Shown piece by piece: positions 19,359-28,443 of a DNA stretch of 64,000 nucleotides. The first letter of the stretch is position 1. Every line of letters starts with the position of its first letter. This DNA is from an uncultured Dorea sp. (GTDB lineage: Bacteria; Bacillota; Clostridia; Lachnospirales; Lachnospiraceae): NCBI GenBank assembly GCA_910577685.1, contig CAJTOH010000013.1:6493-70492 (forward strand). The letters are read 5' to 3'. The notes under the pieces were generated by a model that searched no databases, had not been told where the DNA came from, and saw nothing but the letters and a program-made list of their open reading frames with translations. A program made the translations under genes and the position numbers.

Positions 19359-19667
19359 TTACTTTACAGCCTCTTCCAACACGCTCTGCTCCTCTTGTAC
19401 ATCCCCGGCTTTCTGTTCTTTCATATCCTTCGGCTCTTCTTCCGCGGCAACCTTAATCTTTGCCTGATTCAGCTCGTCGATCGCGACAGACAGCGGCTTT
19501 TCGCCGTTCTTCACCGGCACCAGCGGCATATTGCCGTCGATGATCTCCCTCGCCCTCTTCGCAGTAGCCATAACAATAGAATACCGGCTGTTGACAATCT
19601 TAGTCTCGCCTTCTTCTACGTCTTTATTCACTACTTTCATTAAATCTGTGTAAGATGGGTGCAGCAT
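19359..19667 (-). CDS. rpoZ: DNA-directed RNA polymerase subunit omega
   Basis: MLHPSYTDLMK...NSRYSIVMATAKRAREII is the RpoZ signature. It sits in the conserved gmk-rpoZ arrangement. Confidence 0.85.
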   Translation of the reverse strand: MLHPSYTDLMKVVNKDVEEGETKIVNSRYSIVMATAKRAREIIDGNMPLVPVKNGEKPLSVAIDELNQAKIKVAAEEEPKDMKEQKAGDVQEEQSVLEEAVK

Positions 19668-19670
19668 ACA

Positions 19671-20291
19671 CTATTCTCCTTTCAGCTCTTCTTTCATACG
19701 CTCTATAAACGCCTTATTACGGTAACTTCTTCTGTGTTCTCCCTGAATAATCCGATGCACCTGCTCCACACATTCCTCAAGCACATCATTGACGATCAGA
19801 TAATCGTACCGGTTCATTCCCTCGGCCTCTTCTTTCGCCCTGTTCATGCGGAAATCAATCACATCCTCCGTCTCGGTTCCCCGTCCCTTAAGCCGGCAGC
19901 GCAATTCCTTTGCCGTAGGCGGGGTCACGAACAAAAGCAGCGTCTCCGGAAACTTCTCCTTGACCTTCAGCGCCCCCTGAATCTCAATCTCCAGAATTAC
20001 GTCCTTTCCTGCCTCCAGCTGCTCTTCCACGTATGCGCGCGGCGTCCCATAGTAATTGTCCACATACCTAGCATACTCTATCAATTGATCTTTCGCAATC
20101 ATTTTTTCAAATTCTTCTACGGTTTTAAAAAAATATTCCCGGCCTTCCTCCTCGTCCGGCCTCGGCTTTCTGGTCGTGGCGGAAATCGACAGCGCATAGT
20201 TGCCATACCGTCCCATGATCTCCTTCATGACCGTTCCCTTGCCGGCTCCCGAGAATCCGGATACAACGATCAGAATCCCTCTCTCGCCCAT
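19671..20291 (-). CDS. gmk: guanylate kinase
   Basis: P-loop SGFSGAGKGT, then SATTRKPRPDEEEGREYFF, then YYGTPR. Confidence 0.95.
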   Translation of the reverse strand: MGERGILIVVSGFSGAGKGTVMKEIMGRYGNYALSISATTRKPRPDEEEGREYFFKTVEEFEKMIAKDQLIEYARYVDNYYGTPRAYVEEQLEAGKDVILEIEIQGALKVKEKFPETLLLFVTPPTAKELRCRLKGRGTETEDVIDFRMNRAKEEAEGMNRYDYLIVNDVLEECVEQVHRIIQGEHRRSYRNKAFIERMKEELKGE

Positions 20292-20331
20292 GAACTTACC
20301 CTCTCTATATCTTTATTCATAACTGCCGCCG

Positions 20332-21213
20332 TTACTCAATATTCTGGATCTGCTCCCTTACTTTCTCAATCTCCGTCTTTAAGTCGATCCCTGCATTGGA
20401 AACCTCAAGGTCGTTAGATTTGGAAAGAATCGTATTCGCCTCCCGGTTCATCTCCTGCGCAATAAAATCAAGCTTCCGTCCAATCCCGCTCTCCTCGGAC
20501 TTCAGGGTTTCCTTCATATGTACGACGTGGCTCCTAAGCCTTACGATCTCCTCGTCCGTACAGATCTTGTCCGCAAATATCACAACCTCGGCGGCAATCC
20601 TGCCCTCTTCAATCTTGGTATCCAAAAGCAGCTCCCGCACTTTGTTCTCTAACTTCTCCCGGTACTCCGCCACGATCTTCGGCGAACGCTCCTCAATATA
20701 ATCCACCAACTTTAACATTCCGTCCAGTTTTTTAAGGATATCCTCCTTAAGATGCGCCCCTTCCTGCGCCCTCGTCTCTACAAACTGTCTGACGGCGCCG
20801 GATAAAGCCTTCTTAAGGCCGTTCCACAGCTCGTCCTCATCCATAGCCTGTTCTTCCATCGTCAGGACTTCCGGACAGCGCAGAAGGGTGGAAACCCGGA
20901 TATCATTCCCCAGGGAGAACTTCTCCTCCATCTGCCTGAAGTATGCAAGGTACTCCCCCGCCAATTGCTCATTATACTTCAAAGACGCCTGATTCTCAGA
21001 CAGGTCTTCGTAAGTAATAAAAATATCAACCTTTCCCCTCTGGATGCTCTGCTTCAAAAGATTACGGATCGAAGTCTCGAATAGATTTAATTTCTTGGGC
21101 ATACGGATATTCACATCCAGATAACGGTGATTCACACCCTTCATCTCGACGGTAAACTTCCTGTCCCCGTCCGAACTCTCACACCGGCCGAAACCTGTCA
21201 TACTGTTTATCAT
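20332..21213 (-). CDS. yicC: YicC family stress-induced protein (putative endoribonuclease)
   Basis: MINSMTGFG N-terminus and the C-terminal DUF1732 motif GRKLDFIAQEMNREANTILSKS. Confidence 0.85.
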   Translation of the reverse strand: MINSMTGFGRCESSDGDRKFTVEMKGVNHRYLDVNIRMPKKLNLFETSIRNLLKQSIQRGKVDIFITYEDLSENQASLKYNEQLAGEYLAYFRQMEEKFSLGNDIRVSTLLRCPEVLTMEEQAMDEDELWNGLKKALSGAVRQFVETRAQEGAHLKEDILKKLDGMLKLVDYIEERSPKIVAEYREKLENKVRELLLDTKIEEGRIAAEVVIFADKICTDEEIVRLRSHVVHMKETLKSEESGIGRKLDFIAQEMNREANTILSKSNDLEVSNAGIDLKTEIEKVREQIQNIE

Positions 21214-21274
21214 GATACGAACCTCTTTTTAAATAAATATATTCAAATTTATTGCCTCATTCATTATAAGGCAT

Positions 21275-21303
21275 TTGGCAAATTGAGTCAACCATGTTAT
21301 ACT
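21275..21303 (+). promoter_or_regulatory. sigma-A-type promoter for rqcH
   Basis: TTGGCA (21275-21280), a 17-nt spacer, then TGtTATACT (extended -10, hexamer at 21298-21303), about 85 nt upstream of the ATG. Confidence 0.5.
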
Positions 21304-21386
21304 AATGCGGTAAATACTAGGTTAGTTACTGACCGCACGCGGATGCGGACAGTGACGGAGCTTTAATAAAGAAAGGAGCTCAGATT

Positions 21387-23189
21387 ATGGCATTTGATGG
21401 AATTACGGTGGCGGCGGTGGCAAAGGAGCTTGGGGACACTCTGACGGGCGGACGGATCACAAAGATCGCACAGCCGGAGACAGACGAACTGCTTCTTACC
21501 ATCAAGGCCCCCGGCGGGGCATACAGGCTCTATATCTCAGCCAGCGCCTCCCTTCCTTTGATCTATCTGACAGATGAAAATAAACCCAGTCCAATGACTG
21601 CCCCTAATTTCTGTATGCTTCTGCGCAAGCATATAGGAAACGGAAGGATTACGGGAGTCTCCCAGCCCGGGCTTGAGCGCATTATCCAACTGGATATTGA
21701 ACATCTGGACGAGCTTGGGGATCTGTGTAAGAAAAAACTGATTATCGAGATCATGGGAAAACACAGCAATATCATTTTCTGTGATGACAAAGACAGGATT
21801 ATTGACAGCATCAAACACGTCAACGCACAGATGAGTTCTGTCCGTGAAGTGCTTCCCGGACGGGAGTATTTTATTCCCGATACCATGGCTAAGCGCGACC
21901 CTCTCACCGTTGCCCGGGAGGATTTTATCCGGGCGCTCAAAGACAAACCGTCTTCCCTTGGCAAGGCTGTCTATACCAGCTTCACAGGGATAAGCCCCGT
22001 GGTCGCGGAAGAGATCTGCTCCCTTGCAGGGCTGGAATCCGGCATGACTGCCAGAGATCTTTCCGAAGATATGCTGTCGCATCTCTACCGGCAGTTCTCC
22101 TACTATATGGAGAATATAAAACTTGGCAGTTTTTGCCCGACCATTTACTACGACAAGAATACGCCGAAGGAATTCTGCGCGTTTCCCTTATCCCACTTCG
22201 GCGGACGTACCCTGCCGGATAACACTCTCCCTCCCGGTGCCTGCAAGGAACAGGGCGCGGCCTTAAGGTATGGTTCGAAGGAATTTGAATCAATCTCCCA
22301 AGCGCTTAAGACCTATTATGCAACGAAGAATACCCTGACCCGAATCCGGCAGAAGAGCACGGACCTGCGCCATGTGGTACAGACCGCCCTGGAGCGCAGC
22401 CGCAAGAAATACGACCTGCAGTCCGGGCAGCTTAAGGATACCCGGAACAGGGATAAATACAAAGTCTATGGGGAATTGATTAACATCTACGGTTACAGCC
22501 TCCCAGCCGGATCCAAAGAGCTTACCGCACTGAATTATTACACGGATCAGGAGATTACCATCCCGCTGGATCCCACCATGACGCCGCAGGAGAATTCACA
22601 GAAATATTTTGCCAAATATAATAAACAGAAACGAACCTTCGAGGCTCTTTCGGAATTAATACGGGAAACAGCCGACGATATCCAATATCTGGAATCCATT
22701 GGCAACGCTTTGGACATTGCCATGAACGAAGCCGACCTGGCGCAGATCAAAGAAGAATTAACCCAGAGCGGATACGTCCGCAGAAAATTTACCAAGAAAA
22801 AAGTAAAGCTGACCAGCAGGCCCATGCACTACATTTCCAGCGACGGGTATCATATGTACGTAGGAAAGAATAACCTGCAGAACGACGAGCTGACCTTCTC
22901 ATTTGCCGCAGGAAACGACTGGTGGTTCCACGCAAAAGGCGCGCCCGGCTCCCATGTGATTGTAAAGACAGGCGGGGACGAGCTTCCGGACCGCACCTTT
23001 GAGGAGGCCGGGAGGCTTGCCGCCTATTATTCCAAAAACCGCGGAAACGACAAGGTTGAGATTGATTACGTGGAGAAAAAGCATGTCAAGAAGCCAAACG
23101 GGGCAAAGCCCGGATTCGTCATATATTATACGAACTATTCTCTGGTGATTGACTCGGATATTTCGGATATAGAAAACGTGCAGGACTGA
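21387..23189 (+). CDS. rqcH: ribosome quality-control factor RqcH (NFACT / fibronectin-binding protein A family)
   Basis: MAFDGITV...GGRITKIAQP NFACT-N domain, a coiled-coil middle, and C-terminal DWWFHAKGAPGSHVIV (NFACT-R/DUF814). Confidence 0.85.
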   Translation: MAFDGITVAAVAKELGDTLTGGRITKIAQPETDELLLTIKAPGGAYRLYISASASLPLIYLTDENKPSPMTAPNFCMLLRKHIGNGRITGVSQPGLERIIQLDIEHLDELGDLCKKKLIIEIMGKHSNIIFCDDKDRIIDSIKHVNAQMSSVREVLPGREYFIPDTMAKRDPLTVAREDFIRALKDKPSSLGKAVYTSFTGISPVVAEEICSLAGLESGMTARDLSEDMLSHLYRQFSYYMENIKLGSFCPTIYYDKNTPKEFCAFPLSHFGGRTLPDNTLPPGACKEQGAALRYGSKEFESISQALKTYYATKNTLTRIRQKSTDLRHVVQTALERSRKKYDLQSGQLKDTRNRDKYKVYGELINIYGYSLPAGSKELTALNYYTDQEITIPLDPTMTPQENSQKYFAKYNKQKRTFEALSELIRETADDIQYLESIGNALDIAMNEADLAQIKEELTQSGYVRRKFTKKKVKLTSRPMHYISSDGYHMYVGKNNLQNDELTFSFAAGNDWWFHAKGAPGSHVIVKTGGDELPDRTFEEAGRLAAYYSKNRGNDKVEIDYVEKKHVKKPNGAKPGFVIYYTNYSLVIDSDISDIENVQD

Positions 23190-23203
23190 TCCTGCACGTT
23201 TTC
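23173..23203. terminator. bidirectional rho-independent terminator (rqcH / 119-aa gene)
   Basis: AAAACGTGCAGGA-CTGA-TCCTGCACGTTTT. The stem is 10 bp, flanked by an A-run and a T-run. The rqcH TGA stop sits in the loop. Confidence 0.8.
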
Positions 23204-23259
23204 TATGTTGTGAATTCCTGCTTCTGCACACAATTACATGGACGACGCAGATAATCCGG

Positions 23260-23619
23260 CTACTCCTTCCACAGTTTTTCACACAGATGGCGGTATTTCG
23301 GCAGCTGGTCTGTGTATGGCTGCAGACGCTTCCGGATTCTGGCGCGTTCCGACGGATCTGCGTCATAGATGGTATGGTCGTTCGGCGTCCGCTCAAGCAC
23401 GTCGTCGGCAATCTCGTTAAACAAAATCCAACAGAGTCTTTCGGCATCCGTAATCACATGGCTCTCCATGACCTCACGGCGTTCCAGATTAATCTGCATC
23501 AAGACATAACCGAGCTTGTCAGACCAAAGCCATTCCAGATAGGGACTGGCTTTTATGTAGTCTTCAAACACCCTGCAGACCTTCTCCACATCCGCATCTC
23601 TTTTTGCCTCTTGCAACAT
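23260..23619 (-). CDS. hypothetical protein (119 aa, no recognisable domain)
   Basis: GGAGGAGGA RBS lies 7 nt before the ATG, and the gene has its own extended -10 promoter. It is acidic, cytoplasmic and Trp-rich (YLEWLWSDKLGYV..., CEKLWKE). I recognise no family. Confidence 0.55.
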   Translation of the reverse strand: MLQEAKRDADVEKVCRVFEDYIKASPYLEWLWSDKLGYVLMQINLERREVMESHVITDAERLCWILFNEIADDVLERTPNDHTIYDADPSERARIRKRLQPYTDQLPKYRHLCEKLWKE

Positions 23620-23660
23620 CGTGTCATCCTCCTCCTGTTCCTATTGATAGATACGGAACT

Positions 23661-23669
23661 ATTCTACCA
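23661..23669 (-). promoter_or_regulatory. extended -10 element (TGgTAGAAT) upstream of the 119-aa gene
   Basis: The minus strand reads TGGTAGAAT about 40 nt upstream of the ATG. No good -35 element is present. Confidence 0.4.
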
Positions 23670-23709
23670 CATGTTGCCGGAGGAACTTCGATGTAAATAT
23701 TGGTATATT

Positions 23710-24630
23710 TTATTTGTTCGCCATTTCACTGAGTTCCGTGAGCATGTTGGGAAGTTCTTCCTCCATATTCTCCTCGGTAAACTGGCATGTTCCCACTCTG
23801 CGGTGGCCTCCGCCGTGGTATTTCAGCATCAGGCTTCCTACGTCAATGCAGGCCGTCTTGTTCAGGATACTGTAGCCCACCGCCGCGGAGCATCCCCTGC
23901 CGCCCCTGCCGCTGACGATCCACACAGAAATGTTCTGTTGCGGATACATGCTGTAGATCATGAAACGGTTGCCTGTATAGATCGGCTCTACCCCTCTTAA
24001 ATCCGTAACGATGACATTGCCGTCCACCACCGTATGCTTTAAGATCATATCCCTGAACTTTACAGTCTGTTCGATATAAGTCTCAATACGCTCCTGCACA
24101 TCCGGCAGCGCAAGAATCTCCTCGGTCCGCATGGTACGGCATGCATCCATCAGCTTCTCCATCAACTGATAATTAGAGATCGAGAACTGTCTCCACCTGC
24201 CTAGTCCTGTCCGGGGGTCCATCAGAAACCCAATCAAAATCCAGCCCGACGGGTTCATAATCTCCTTCACCGTCAGATTACCGGAATCTACCTTATCGAC
24301 CGCCTCCATCAAATCGTCAAACTGCGGAAATGTCCGTTTCCCGCCATAGTAATCATATATTATCCTCGCACATGACGGGCTGATGCGGCTCTCCCCATTG
24401 TACCGCCCCTCAAGCTCCATCCTCTCATGCTCGCTGGAATGATGGTCAAACCATAATCCGCAGCCATCCACGAAAGGTACATTAGCAAGACAGTCATTCT
24501 CACTGATCTCGAGCAGGCCGTCCTGTATATCTTTCGGATGTGCGAATTTCCAACTATCAATAACGCCCGCCTCCAGAAGTAGCGCACCACATGCCAAACC
24601 ATCAAAATCTGAACGTGTAACTAGTCTCAT
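23710..24630 (-). CDS. DHH-superfamily phosphoesterase (NrnB / exopolyphosphatase-related)
   Basis: N-terminal TRSDFDGLACGALL (DHH motif I/II-like), WFDHHSS (DHH motif) and C-terminal GGGHRRVGTCQF (DHHA1-like GGGH). Confidence 0.7.
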   Translation of the reverse strand: MRLVTRSDFDGLACGALLLEAGVIDSWKFAHPKDIQDGLLEISENDCLANVPFVDGCGLWFDHHSSEHERMELEGRYNGESRISPSCARIIYDYYGGKRTFPQFDDLMEAVDKVDSGNLTVKEIMNPSGWILIGFLMDPRTGLGRWRQFSISNYQLMEKLMDACRTMRTEEILALPDVQERIETYIEQTVKFRDMILKHTVVDGNVIVTDLRGVEPIYTGNRFMIYSMYPQQNISVWIVSGRGGRGCSAAVGYSILNKTACIDVGSLMLKYHGGGHRRVGTCQFTEENMEEELPNMLTELSEMANK

Positions 24631-24703
24631 GAATCTTCCTCCTACTTATAAAATAAATATTCTCTACGGACAATAACGTATTATGTCAGCTCTTATTGTG
24701 GTT

Positions 24704-24732
24704 AGTATAGCATATCCCATTCATTTCAGCAA
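24704..24732 (-). promoter_or_regulatory. sigma-A-type promoter for the DHH gene
   Basis: The minus strand reads TTGCTG, a 17-nt spacer, then TGcTATACT (extended -10). Confidence 0.45.
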
Positions 24733-24815
24733 ATATAATTTACAGATATTACTGAACTACGTCTTTATTTTCCGGCAATTTCTCAATCCATGAAACAAAA
24801 AACAAATATTTTGGA

Positions 24816-26105
24816 TTATCTCTTCCCCATTAGATAGTCAATAAACTGCTGCGCCGTCCTCCCGGACATTCCTCCATGGCTTAATTCCCACTTATTCGCC
24901 TCAAGAAGAAGCTCTTCTTTTGGCATATCAATCCCGTTTCGCACAGCCAGCCGGCTTACAATCTCCTGAAATTCCTTTTTCTCCGGCTTTCCAAAATAAA
25001 TAGTCACCCCAAACCTCGCCACAAGGGACAGCTTCTCCTGCACCGTATCGTTGGTGTGCAGCTCTTCGTCCCGGTCTGCCTTATCCCGAAATGTTTCCCG
25101 GATCAAATGCCTTCGGTTCGAGGTAGCGTAGATCAGAATATTGTCCGGCTTCCTCTCCAGCCCTCCCTCGATAACCGCCTTTAGGTACTTATATTCAATC
25201 TCGAATTCCTCAAAAGACAAATCGTCCATATAGATGATAAACTTATAATTCCGGTTCTTAATCTGGGAAATAATATGGTTTAAATCCTGGAACTGATGCT
25301 TGTACACCTCGATCATCCGAAGCCCCCGGTCATAATACTGGTTCAGGATTGCCTTAATCGAAGAAGATTTCCCTGTTCCCGCGTCGCCGAACAGCAGGCA
25401 GTTATTCGCCCTTCTTCCTTCCACAAACGCCTCCGTGTTGTCCACCAGCTTCTTCTTTGCAATCTCATATCCCACCAAATCATCAAGATGCACATGGGCA
25501 ATCTTCGTAATCGGGACAATCCTTGCCCCGCCCTCCATATGCTCCACCCGGAACGCCTTGTGAAGCCCCAGTTTTCCCACGCCGAATTCCTTATAGAACT
25601 GGGTCAGTGCATCACTGAATTCCCCCGCGTCCTTTGTATCCGCAAGATTCCGGCTCAAAGCGCAGATTCTCTCCCGTATCCTTTTGTTGAATACTTTTCC
25701 GTGTCCGTCCATTCCCTCATAATTCAGGATCATAGACAGGCACTTTGCATCCAGCGCCTCCTCCATTTCCGAGAAATCATAGTCGAACAGCTCCTTAAAA
25801 ACCGAGAAATCGTGCTCTGCCGCCACATTGATGCTGCCTGCCGCCTTCCCCACAATCTCACAGGAGGTACTGTATGCATTTTCATGGCTCGCCAGAAGGT
25901 ACGTCAGATAATTGTGCCACAGATTCCCCTCAAAGCCATGGCTTACCGCCATCTCAAGCAATGCGTTCACACTCTCGAACAACAGCCCCTTCAAATCCTC
26001 CGGATTATAATACGTATTATCAAAGTTTTCCATAAGGAACGTCATATCCCAAAGAAGCTTCCCTTCATCCATATGCCTGTACAATATTAACTCATTCGTT
26101 CTCAT
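24816..26105 (-). CDS. AAA+ ATPase, DUF815 family
   Basis: Walker A GDAGTGKSS, Walker B IIYMDDLSF, and a C-terminal helical bundle. The N-terminal 200 aa are of unknown function. Confidence 0.75.
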   Translation of the reverse strand: MRTNELILYRHMDEGKLLWDMTFLMENFDNTYYNPEDLKGLLFESVNALLEMAVSHGFEGNLWHNYLTYLLASHENAYSTSCEIVGKAAGSINVAAEHDFSVFKELFDYDFSEMEEALDAKCLSMILNYEGMDGHGKVFNKRIRERICALSRNLADTKDAGEFSDALTQFYKEFGVGKLGLHKAFRVEHMEGGARIVPITKIAHVHLDDLVGYEIAKKKLVDNTEAFVEGRRANNCLLFGDAGTGKSSSIKAILNQYYDRGLRMIEVYKHQFQDLNHIISQIKNRNYKFIIYMDDLSFEEFEIEYKYLKAVIEGGLERKPDNILIYATSNRRHLIRETFRDKADRDEELHTNDTVQEKLSLVARFGVTIYFGKPEKKEFQEIVSRLAVRNGIDMPKEELLLEANKWELSHGGMSGRTAQQFIDYLMGKR

Positions 26106-26165
26106 CTACTATTCCACTCCTTGCAATATCCGTCTGATAAGCGTCGCCATACTGACAGTTTGACA

Positions 26166-27296
26166 TTAATAATTTCCCAAAATCCGTAATCTCCTGCTCT
26201 CTTCCCGAAGCCCCCGGATTGCGTTCTTTACGGCCGGCTGCGCCAGATTCCCCTCGAAATCTACGAAAAACCGATACTCCCAGCTTCTTCCTTCCACAGG
26301 TCTTGACTCGATTTTCGTCATATTCAAATCATTATAGATAAAATGCGACAATAGCTGATACAGAGAACCGCTTTCATGGGGTACCTCGAAACAGATACTG
26401 ATCTTCTTCGCATCTTTCAGGAAAATCTTCTGGTTCGTCACCACGATGAACCGTGTGGAATTATTGGGATCGTCGTTAATATTATCCGCAATCACCTCAA
26501 GACCATGGATTTTCGCCGCATAGGCGCTGCATACCGCCGTCTGGCGCTTGTCCTGTTCCTCCATAATCTTCTTCGCCGCAATCGCCGTATTCGCCACGCT
26601 GATCTGCTGCCACCCGCTGTGTCCGTCTAAGAAACGGGACGCCTGCATCAAAGCGACCCCCTTGGAATAGACACGCTCAACGTCGGAAAGCTTCGTCCCC
26701 GGAAGCCCCGCAAGGGTATGGACAATGGGGATAATCGTCTCGCCGACAATATAATTCTCAAATTCCACCAGAAGGTCGTACATCTCGTCCACCGCCCCCG
26801 CCGTCGAATTTTCAATGGGAAGCACGGCAAAATCCGCCGCCCCCTCCTCAATAGCTTCCATGGCGTCCCGGAAGGTCCGCACATAGAAGCTGTTGCATTT
26901 ATCTCCGAAATAATACTGCATCGCCGACTGGCTGTACGCCCCTTCCGTCCCGGGGAATACCACCCGCGCATTGCTGGTATCCAAAGCATCCACCCCGATG
27001 AACGGCAGCCGCCCAAGCGCTCCCGCCTCCACAAGCTTGCGGTACTGGACCTTCCGGCTCATCGCCATGAGCTGCTCGAACAGTTCCCGCACGCCCTTCT
27101 TATTGAACTCCGTGGACGCCTTGTCCGTTACGTCTTTTAGTTTCTCCTGCTCCCGCTGGCGGTCAAATATCTTCATCCCGTTCCGGATCTTATAGTCCCC
27201 GACCTCGCCGCCTAAGCGCACCCTCTCCTCGAACAGTCTTACAATCTCATCATCCACGGCATCGATCTGCACCCTTAACTCCGCTAATGTCGCCAT
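26166..27296 (-). CDS. pheA: bifunctional chorismate mutase / prephenate dehydratase (P-protein)
   Basis: N-terminal CM_2 helix (LRVQIDAVDDEIVRLFEERV), a PDT domain (ENSTAGAV, TRF) and a C-terminal ACT domain (ESRP..., FFVDFEG). Confidence 0.9.
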   Translation of the reverse strand: MATLAELRVQIDAVDDEIVRLFEERVRLGGEVGDYKIRNGMKIFDRQREQEKLKDVTDKASTEFNKKGVRELFEQLMAMSRKVQYRKLVEAGALGRLPFIGVDALDTSNARVVFPGTEGAYSQSAMQYYFGDKCNSFYVRTFRDAMEAIEEGAADFAVLPIENSTAGAVDEMYDLLVEFENYIVGETIIPIVHTLAGLPGTKLSDVERVYSKGVALMQASRFLDGHSGWQQISVANTAIAAKKIMEEQDKRQTAVCSAYAAKIHGLEVIADNINDDPNNSTRFIVVTNQKIFLKDAKKISICFEVPHESGSLYQLLSHFIYNDLNMTKIESRPVEGRSWEYRFFVDFEGNLAQPAVKNAIRGLREESRRLRILGNY

Positions 27297-27331
27297 ATCC
27301 TTCTCTCCTCATCATTATAATCTGCCCATGT

Positions 27332-27360
27332 ATTATAATACTATTTAGAATCTAATACAA
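27332..27360 (-). promoter_or_regulatory. sigma-A-type promoter for pheA
   Basis: The minus strand reads TTGTAT, a 17-nt spacer, then TATAAT. Confidence 0.5.
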
Positions 27361-27447
27361 GAGGCCGGATTCCGCCCCATTACCCAGCTATAAATTAAGT
27401 ATGGATTTCCTGTATAAAATCCATGTTATTTTCCCATACTTATCCAT

Positions 27448-27831
27448 ATGAAGCATAATTTCCTAACCTGCGGGACCACGGGATGGTGCATGGAAATCCT
27501 GTTCACCGGACTCCACTCCCTGCAGGCCGAAAACCCGAAACTTACAGGGAATACCTCCATCTGGATGTTTCCCATTTATGGCTGCGCAAGCTTTCTGGCG
27601 CCCGTCTGCCGGCTGCTCAAAGGAAAAAGCCTGTTATTGCGGGGAGGCGTATACACCTGCTGCATTTTCTGCGGCGAATATGTAACCGGCTCTTTCCTAA
27701 AAAAATTTGACGCATGCCCCTGGGATTACAGCGAAGCTCCCTTGAATGTCCGCGGATTAATCCGCCTTGATTATGCGCCCCTCTGGTTCGGCGCAGGACT
27801 ATTATTTGAAAAAATCCTCATAAAACGTTGA
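27448..27831 (+). CDS. small membrane protein, putative ABC-transporter type IV / CmpB-like (PF06541-like)
   Basis: GWCMEILFTG...IWMFPIYG...GEYVTGSFL...CPWDYS resembles the same module at the C-terminus of the 36842..38809 protein. No clear SD precedes the ATG. Confidence 0.5.
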   Translation: MKHNFLTCGTTGWCMEILFTGLHSLQAENPKLTGNTSIWMFPIYGCASFLAPVCRLLKGKSLLLRGGVYTCCIFCGEYVTGSFLKKFDACPWDYSEAPLNVRGLIRLDYAPLWFGAGLLFEKILIKR

Positions 27832-27889
27832 AAATCTTTCCTATTTGTTATATGATAATATGAAAGATTTTTAACGGGGAGGAGCGGGC

Positions 27890-28381
27890 ATGAATATCCT
27901 GGTATGTAACAGCAGTTTAAAGAGCGTCTATATAGACCGGCCGTACTTTATCGAACATCCGGGTTCTGTCATTCATACTTTATATGGATGGCTGGTTATA
28001 TTTATTTCTTTTTGTTTTGATAAATTTTTGATAAAGTCGTCTAATACTCTTCGTTTCCTGATATGTTCATTCATATATTTATCCATTCATTCACTGATAT
28101 GCATATTCACTGTTTTCAAGGTTATCCCCAATGTTTGCTACGACATCTTTTTCCGCTTTATTCCCGGCGGTTTTTTAGGGCAGCTTTGGCTACGGCAGCA
28201 TTCCGAAGCACAATTCTGCCGCTTTGGCCGCCGCGGCTTTTCAGGACAGCCTTTTAAAGCGCAATTCTGCCGCTTTGGCCGCCGCGGCTTTTCAGGACAG
28301 CCTTTTAAAGCGCAGCATACTGCGGTCTTTGCCGCGCCTTGCAAAGGGCTCTTACCCGGCATCAAATCGGACTTGCCTTAG
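27890..28381 (+). CDS. doubtful ORF: AT-rich hydrophobic N-half plus a duplicated 17-aa C-terminal unit
   Basis: A strong GGGGAGGAG RBS lies 6 nt before the ATG. However, composition is atypical for the window (very AT-rich, F/I/L/C-rich) and I recognise no family. It contains the 51-bp tandem duplication in frame. Confidence 0.3.
   Translation: MNILVCNSSLKSVYIDRPYFIEHPGSVIHTLYGWLVIFISFCFDKFLIKSSNTLRFLICSFIYLSIHSLICIFTVFKVIPNVCYDIFFRFIPGGFLGQLWLRQHSEAQFCRFGRRGFSGQPFKAQFCRFGRRGFSGQPFKAQHTAVFAAPCKGLLPGIKSDLP
28211..28312. repeat. perfect 51-bp tandem duplication
   Basis: CAATTCTGCCGCTTTGGCCGCCGCGGCTTTTCAGGACAGCCTTTTAAAGCG occurs twice back to back (28211-28261 and 28262-28312). Each unit contains the palindrome GCCGCGGC. 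Confidence 0.95.
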
Positions 28382-28443
28382 GGCTTGGCCGTTGATGATA
28401 TACATATATTTTTATTTTCTATTTACATCATAAGGAGGTTTTT

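Noticed and set aside
28211-28312. Possible CRISPR array. The same question applies to the repeats at 34010-34102 and 58134-58243.
   Set aside because: The units are directly adjacent tandem copies, only two or three of them, with no unique spacers between them. No cas genes are in the window.
27832-28443. PyrR-binding attenuator upstream of pyrB.
   Set aside because: I found no UCCAGAGAGG-type binding loop and no terminator/antiterminator pair by eye. A covariance-model scan would be needed to be certain.
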